A stretch of 64,000 nucleotides of DNA from Narcine bancroftii. Taxonomy: Eukaryota. Below are positions 57,094-64,000 of the stretch, one piece after another (the stretch's first letter is position 1; the number at the start of each line of letters is the position of its first letter). The stretch spans positions 5,766,001-5,830,000 of the forward strand of contig NC_091480.1 of assembly GCF_036971445.1 (NCBI RefSeq), in the 5' to 3' direction. The notes beneath the pieces are model-generated. The model saw only the letters and a program-made list of their open reading frames with translations, did not search any database and was not told the origin of the DNA. The translations under genes and the position numbers were made by a program.

Positions 57094-57192
57094 CCCGCAT
57101 CGGACTTGTCAGCCACAAACGAGCCTGCAGCTGACGTGGACTTTTTACCCCCTCCATAAATCTTCGTCCGCGAAGCCAAGCCAAAGAAGAAG
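57094..57192 (+). mobile_element. RTE-clade LINE extreme 3' end with 11-bp TSD
   Basis: SRIGLVSHKRACS* C-terminus and (GAA)n tail. TSD ACATACAAGGT at 57083-57093 and 57193-57203. Confidence 0.8.
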
Positions 57193-57401
57193 ACATACAA
57201 GGTATGGCTTGATAGCTCAGCTACTGGAGGACGTTTCTGGCTATCCACCCTTTCAATGTCTCTATCAGGTCACCCCTTGGGAAACCAGAACTAACCTGTC
57301 TGATAACTCCCCATAAGCGCTCCCAGGGTATCTCCTGCAGGGAACATTAGTGAGGTGGAGGGAATGAGAGGAATTGGGGGAATGGGGGAAAAGAGGGAAG
57401 G

Positions 57402-57583
57402 TGTGGTGATATCTAATTACACCACTAGGTCACCAGGGGTAATCCCGGTGACCTTGTACATAAAGCAGTCCAGAGCTACAGTCTAGCCTTCCAGGTTTGT
57501 CTTGCAAAGAGACAAGACCTCTTAGTGTACATATTAGTTTATTAAAGCTGTCTTAATAAACTAGTGTGGTTATTGTCAGTACA
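57402..57583 (+). mobile_element. Possible short solo LTR
   Basis: TGT...ACA ends, TACATAAA and AATAAA inside, flanks GGAAGG/GAAAGG. Interrupts a purine-rich tract. Confidence 0.45.
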
Positions 57584-57921
57584 GAAAGGGCAGGGCTTGA
57601 GACAGAAGGTTAGGCAGCCATCGTTGAGCAGGGCTCTGAGAGGAAAGTGGGAGTGGGCAGTCGGGGAGGAGGGTGGTGGAAGGAATGAGGGGCAGAGAGG
57701 GGGATGTGGTTGGGGTAGGAGAGAGGGGTTGGATGGGGAAGTGGAGAAGGATAAGAAGTGAAGGGGAGGGGAGAGGGGTTAGGGGTGGGAAGGTTGAAGG
57801 GGAAGGAGTAGGGGAGGGGGAGGGGGAGGAGTAGGGGGAGGGGTGGGGGTGAGGGGGAGGGGTGGGGGTGAAGGGGAGGGGTGGGGGTGAAGGGGAGGGG
57901 GAGGGGTGGGGGTGAAGGGGA

Positions 57922-58121
57922 NNNNNNNNNNNNNNNNNNNNNNNNNNNNNNNNNNNNNNNNNNNNNNNNNNNNNNNNNNNNNNNNNNNNNNNNNNNNNNN
58001 NNNNNNNNNNNNNNNNNNNNNNNNNNNNNNNNNNNNNNNNNNNNNNNNNNNNNNNNNNNNNNNNNNNNNNNNNNNNNNNNNNNNNNNNNNNNNNNNNNNN
58101 NNNNNNNNNNNNNNNNNNNNN
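57922..58121. other. Assembly gap (200 N) preceded by a G-rich tract
   Basis: Run of N. GGGGAGGGG/GGGGGTG repeats at ~57760-57921. Confidence 0.99.
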
Positions 58122-58250
58122 TACCTTGAGCGGAGCAGATCCTGTCTTGCGCTGCGATGCCTCCGGTGAGACTGCTCCCAGGTAAATACAGTTCCGTCTC
58201 CGTTGTCAGGGCTGTGCGTGGCGCCTGTGCAAGAGGCTTGCTGCCGCTTC

Positions 58251-61200
58251 ATGGAGCGCCAACTGGATGTGGACACTCCTGACCAGCTGGAGGATGAAGG
58301 CGACGAGTTCTTTGAGGCGAGGCACTCGGAGAAGGTTCTGGAGGGGCTGAAGGGCCTGTGGGCTGAGTCAGGCATTCTGCGACGTCACACTGTGCTGCGA
58401 CGGTCAGGAGATTCCCTGCCACCGCATTGTGCTCGCCTCGTTCAGCTCCTATTTCCGGGCCATGTTCTCAACAGGCCTGCTGGAGTCACGGCAGGAGCGA
58501 GTGGCCATCAACGGGGTGGAGGCCCACATGGTGGGCCTGCTGGTGACCTACGCCTACACTGCCTGCGTCCGCATCACCCGGGCCAACGTCCAGGCCCTGC
58601 TGGCTGCTGCCAACCTGCTGGACGTGGCGCACTGTGCGAGAGGCCTGCTGTCGCTTCATGGAGCGCCAACTAGACGCGACCAACCTGCGTGGGCATCCAC
58701 TGCTTTGCAGAGGCACATGCCTGTGGGGAGCTGCAGGCCAAGAGCTGGGCCTACATCCTGTACCACTTCAATGAGGTGCACACCCAGGAGGAGTTCCTCT
58801 CCCTCTCCCGGAGGAAGCTGACTGAGATCATCTCCAGCGACAACCTGTGTGTGTCCCAGGAGGAGAAAGTCTTCGATGCTCGTGCTCCTCTGGCTGCTGA
58901 AGGGACCAGTCCAGGCAACGCAACTTTGAGAAGGTGAAGGGTGTATTCCGCCCCTCGAAGCTGAGTGCAGGGTGGGGGTGGATGGGGCTCCAGTTACACG
59001 GGGACGGCTGGATTGGTGGAGGGTTTGTACCTGGTGTGATGTGGCTGAGAGGAGGGGCACGGGTAAGGGTGTGTCTGGCGTCAGTCTCATTCTCGGATCC
59101 AGAAGCCTGCAGATGCTGTAATAAAACACATGAAATGCTGAGGAACTCAGCCATCCCTCACCCAGTGTCACAGGCAGTGCACAAAGATATCATCACGTTC
59201 AGCCTGCCGTTCTTCAAGCTATACCTTGTATATTCGTGTAATTGTCAGCCCACCCCACCAAAATCCCAACCCCCCAAACAGCAGATACTCCTCACCGTCT
59301 GTCCACACAACTGAAGCTCCCAAAGCCCACGAATGCGGATCTTTGCCCTGGCTGCCCGTTCATCCGAACTCCCAACCTCCCTACAGTCCTGACTGTCAAG
59401 ACCTCTCACCGTGACCATATGCCCATCAAAATTCCCTGACCCATAACATTAAACCAAAAAATTATACTTGAGTATATACGGAAAGCAAAAATCCAGCAGC
59501 TCTCTGATAAAACGCGAGGGCGAAACCAGACAAGGTCACAGGCAAGATGTCATCAGTGGATATGGGTGAGAGGGTTGGAGATAGAAGGTTGGGAAGTGCT
59601 GAGGGAGGGGACGGTCTCGGAATGGGAACGAGGCAGGGAATTGAACCGGGCGGCCACTGGGAGATCCACACTGTTGTGGCGGGCAGAACAGAGGCGAGGC
59701 CCAGTCCGTCCGATGTAGAGACTGGGGAGGAGGGGGTTAATGGAACTGGCTGGAGAATGCTGAGATGGTGTGTATCTGGGATGAGGTGCCAGAGGAAAGT
59801 GGCAGATGTTGTGACGAATTCTGGTGCAGCCTCCTGTACCTCGGGGAGAATGGCCAACGACTGGAGGTTGGTCCAGCGACCACCTTCACTTTGTCCACCA
59901 CGACATCAGACCCCTCCCAGTGGCCAATTGCTGTCTTTCTCTGGGTCAAATTCAGCGCAAGTGCCAAGAAAAAGACATTTAGACAGACATATGGAGAGGA
60001 CATGGACCAGATGGGATCGGCCTGGGCAATTTGGGCTGAAGGGCCTCTTCTGTGCTGTACGACTCTCATGGGGGTGGGGGTAGGTTTGGGGAGGAATTCT
60101 TGTCGGCTTGGAGATGGGGGCGGAAGGAGGCCGGGGTGAGGTGGGGCTGGAGAGGATTGGAGTCGGCGATCCAGATGAGATGGTGTGATCTTCAAACAAG
60201 AGGTGGTGGAGGGGGGACAGATGGAAGGACAGGGGGTCTAAATGCTGGAACTCTTTCAGATCCTGGAGCATATACGTTTGCCTTTAATCAGCCCCTATTA
60301 CATGCACGACATCATTGAAGCCCAGAGTATTGTCCAGGACTCCCTTCCATGCCAACGCCTCATCACTGAGGCTAAGAACTATCTCCTGCTGCAAGACCGA
60401 CGTGTTGAGCTGTTCGGACCTCGTACCCGCCCTCGCAGGTCAACAGGTGAGCATGGCCGCATTCCTATAGCCTCTTCTGCTTCCTTTCCCTACTCAGAGC
60501 AACCTCTTGCCTGCCAGCCCTCTAGGACCGGATAATCTGGCCAAGCTTTATAAGGAGTAATGGCCCAAACCATATTAAGCCTGGCAATTTTCAGCCACCA
60601 TCAGCTCCTTAAACAGGCCGTTCAAAGCCTACACAGAGCTGATGACTGTCTTGGCGGTTGGACCCTGCGGTGGAGCACTGAGACGCTGCTCCCTGCTCTG
60701 CACCACTGGTCACAGCAGCGCCACCATTTTACTTTTCTCATGGCAGTGGGCTACCTTTTCGCCACCCTTTGCAATCACTGATCCAAGAGGAAGGGGGGTG
60801 ATACTTGGATCTACTCCTGCGGGGTCCAGATGTTGGTAATGAGGCATCAATCCTGTCACCAGCATCTTGGGGGCTGGTCCACCGGTGAGGGAAACTCAAC
60901 TGGGCTGACTCCAAAAACGGGTCTGAGGCGAGTCGCCTTTCCTCGGTGTCCCTGATCCTCTCACGCAATTGGAAGGCAGATGTGGGGGGGTGGGATCCAG
61001 CACCTCGACACCACCCTGAAGGAAGCCCTCAGTCACCGGGACACAGACGGGGCAACCTAAACCTCAGGTGAAGTGTAACGAAGGTAAACAGGGAGTTTGG
61101 GTGCTGGGAAACCACAGAGGTGGGACATGGGGGGAGCTGGGGGATTTAGTGGGTTGCCCGCCGGGGGCGTGGGCGTGTCGCCCACTGGGAGTTCACTGTG

Positions 61201-61362
61201 CCTTGTATTTCCAGGGATAACCGAGCTGATCATCGTGGCAGGCGGGGGAGGATGAAAAGGTGGTCCTCCGGAGCGTGGAATCCTTTGACCCGATCGGCCG
61301 TGTCTGGAACTGCCTCTCCTGTTTGCCTTTCGCCATCAGTAAGCACGGCCTGGTTGCCTCAG
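58251..61362 (+). CDS. Kelch-like (BTB-BACK-Kelch) gene, 5' part; frameshifted in this assembly (sequence error or pseudogene)
   Basis: Exon ~58251-58933 gives, after removing +1 insertions, FCDVTLCCDGQEIPCHRIVLASFSSYFRAMF (BTB) and NCVGIHCFAEAHAC...IISSDNLCVSQEEKVF (BACK). Exon 60260-60446 reads ILEHIRLPLISPYY...RTRPRRSTG. Exon 61215-61362 is the first kelch repeat, IIVAGGEDEKVVLRSVESFDP. Orthology not recognised. Confidence 0.85.
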
Positions 61363-63254
61363 GTAGGCTCCCAGTCTTGCCATTGCTCAGTCACACGGGC
61401 GGTTTGCCCATCGGCACTCACTAACTGCCCTCAGAGAGCTCGCACGCACCCCCCAATGCCCTCTCCGCAGCTCTTGTGCACTTCCCCCACACAGAGGGGT
61501 GAATTCCTCCATCCACTTAATTCGCAGAGCACCCTTGGGAGGTGGTGGGAAGCTGGGTGGTTTATGATCTCAGCAGAATCCAGAAAACCTTGGGAGGGTT
61601 TATTAGAGCTCTGGAAAACTGATCCAGAAATGTGTGTTTAAATCCCTCGGGGTGGGGAGGAGAGGAAAGAATCAGAATTGATTGTCATGAACATGTCGCA
61701 AAATTGGATGCTTTACCGTGTAGTCCAAATTTTTGCTATAAATTAGTTCAAAAGTAGAGAAAATGAGGTTGTGTCTGGGGTTCCTGGATTATTCAGGAAT
61801 CTGATGGCGGACAGGAAGAAGCTGTCCTTGTGCCGCTGAGCACTCGTCTTTAGGCTCCTGTACCTTTTCACCCAATGGTAGTAGAGTGAAGAGGGCATAG
61901 CCTGGGTGGTGGTGTCCTTGAGGATAGAGACTGCTTTCTCAAAATACCCCTTGTGTCGATGTCCGCAGGCTGAGTTTTCTTGTCCTGAGCGTTGACACCT
62001 CCATACCAGGTGGTGATGCAACCACCGTCATAGGACACCTGTAGAAGTTACGAGAGTCTTCGGTGACGTACAGAATCTCCTCAAACGCCTCATGAGGTAT
62101 AGCTGCTGGCGAGCCTTCTTCGTGATTGCATTGACATGGAGGCCCCCATGAATTTGACGTTCTTGACCCTTTCCACTGCTGACCCCTTGATGAGGACTGA
62201 TTTGTGTTCCCTGGTTTCCCCTTCCTGAAGTTCATGATCAGTTCCTGAGTTTTGCTCACGTTGAGTGCGAGGTTGTTAAAGAATAATAACGTAATGATTT
62301 AACTGGTCACTTTGGACCCTGCCTGATTATTGTAAAGCAAGTTGTATGGTTTCAGTAATGTCCTACAGGGATGTTGCTCTGGGCTGTTGTGTGCATCCGA
62401 GCGGTCAGTATGAGGGAGCCTTCCCTGTTCCCTTGTTCAGGGAATTGGGGAAGGAAAGTTGATTGCCTACAATGTTCGCTTCCTTTGAATAAGGAACATT
62501 GCGATGTTATTCGCAGCTTGTAACTGGTGCTCAAGCAATCGATCTGCCTCAAGATCGAGAATTATGAGCGGTTTATTGTCTCACACGTGGAACAATGTCA
62601 GTGCAGCAGGTTTTTACTGCAGCTGCAGTTCTTTTATTGAAAAGAACCACAATGAAACTACAATAATTGGGGCAGTACAGTTGGCGTAGTGGTCAAGGGC
62701 TGTTATAGCGCCTGCGACCGAGACAGGGGTTTGTACCCGTGTCTGCCTGGGTTTTCCCCAGGAGGTCTGGTTTCCTCCCACCATTCAAAACGTACCCAGT
62801 GGTGTGTAGGTTAATTAGATGTAATTGGTGGTACGAACCCGTGGGGTGGAAGGACCTGTTATGTAAAAATGTAACTAAATTTAAAAAGCTCCGATGCGTA
62901 ATGAATAGACAGATAATGGTTGATGAGCTCATTGCCTTGGTCATATGAGGTAGCATGAACCTTGAGTAACCTTTAGATAACCCCCATCCCACAATCAACT
63001 CCCTCCAACCTCCCTCTCCACCGTGTTCTCTCTTCCACCTCTCCCACCTTCATTTGTCTAGTACCCTGCCCACACCCTGGCTCCTGCTGCCCCTTTTCCT
63101 GTCTGATATCTCCCTTCCCCACTTCACGGTTAGTGCAGCGCATTGCTTGGGTTCTAATCCTCTGCTGTCTGTAAGGAGTTTGCAAAAACAACTGTGTCCC
63201 TGGGTTTCCTCCGGGTGCTCCACCTTCTACGCACCAAAGACATACGGGGTTGTT

Positions 63255-63545
63255 GGTCATTGGGCAGCGTGGGTGAGAAGGGGTTGGTTGGTCATTGGGC
63301 GGCGTGGGCTGGAAGGGGTTGGTCAGTTATTGGGAGGCGTGGGCTGGAAGGGGTTGTTGGTTGGTCGTTGGGCAGCGTGGCTGGAAGGGGTTGGTTTGTT
63401 ATTGGGTGGCATGGGCTGGAAGGCTTTGGTCGGTCATTGGGTGACGTGGGCTGGAAGGGGTTGGTTTGTCATTGGGTGGCGTAGGCTGGATGGGTTGGTT
63501 GGTCATTGGGCGGTGTGGGCTGGAAGGGGTTGGTTGGTTATGAGG
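63255..63545. repeat. ~35-bp degenerate tandem repeat expanded from a SINE 3' portion
   Basis: About eight GGTCATTGGGCGGCGTGGGCTGGAAGGGGTTGGTT units directly following a V-SINE core. Confidence 0.85.
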
Positions 63546-64000
63546 CTGTGTGGGGTGGAAAGGGTGAAAGTCTGCAGACGCTGTGAAACGCAGAAGTGCG
63601 GGAGGAACTCAGCCAGTCTCGCACTGTCCGTAGGAGGTAAAGATGTACGTTGAGGAGGGGCTCAAGCCCGAAAACATGGGTAATATACATTTACCTCCTA
63701 TGGACACCGCGACACCGGATGAGTTCCTCCAGCATTTCTGTGTTTTGAATTATGGGCCGAAGGGCCTGTTACCACGATGTATCTCATACTTAACGGTTCC
63801 CACCCAGAAACGTTGACCGCCTCTCTCTGTGGGATGCTACCTGACTGCCAAGTCCGTACCTTGCTGGAGATTCCAGCGACTGCAGTCTGTGTTTTACCTT
63901 TGGTGGGGAATAAACCTTGGTCACTTTGCACAGGTTCGACACTCTACCTGGCTGGAGGGGAGTATTCCAACGGGTCTGCAAGCAAGGTGATGTGGCGCTA

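Noticed and set aside
63054-63653. 199-aa Trp/Gly-rich ORF
   Set aside because: Read-through of a SINE and its tandemly expanded tail.

Overview
Repeat-rich vertebrate genomic DNA, most likely a cartilaginous fish (V-SINE/HE1-type SINEs plus CR1, Rex1/Babar and Penelope-like repeats). Five spliced genes can be read by eye, with GT-AG junctions and matching phases. These are the first two coding exons of a Miro GTPase (RHOT1-like, minus), a complete STK19/WHR1 (minus, 262 aa), DXO (plus, head-to-head with STK19, with an in-frame TAA in its fourth coding exon), a mu-crystallin CRYM-like gene (minus, canonical first exon not visible before a 200-N gap), and a BTB-BACK-Kelch gene (plus, frameshifted in this assembly). 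The most interesting non-genic signals are: a young ORF1-only L1 derivative (half-L1-like) with a 15-bp TSD and tandem NRF1 palindromes; Penelope-derived fold-back insertions with a minimal hammerhead-ribozyme-like core; a hAT MITE built from inverted SINE tails; a perfect 33-bp GC-rich array beside the STK19/DXO bidirectional promoter; and a nested CR1>Tc1>CR1 insertion. Nothing here demonstrates a wholly new system. Family assignments come from remembered motifs, not database searches.
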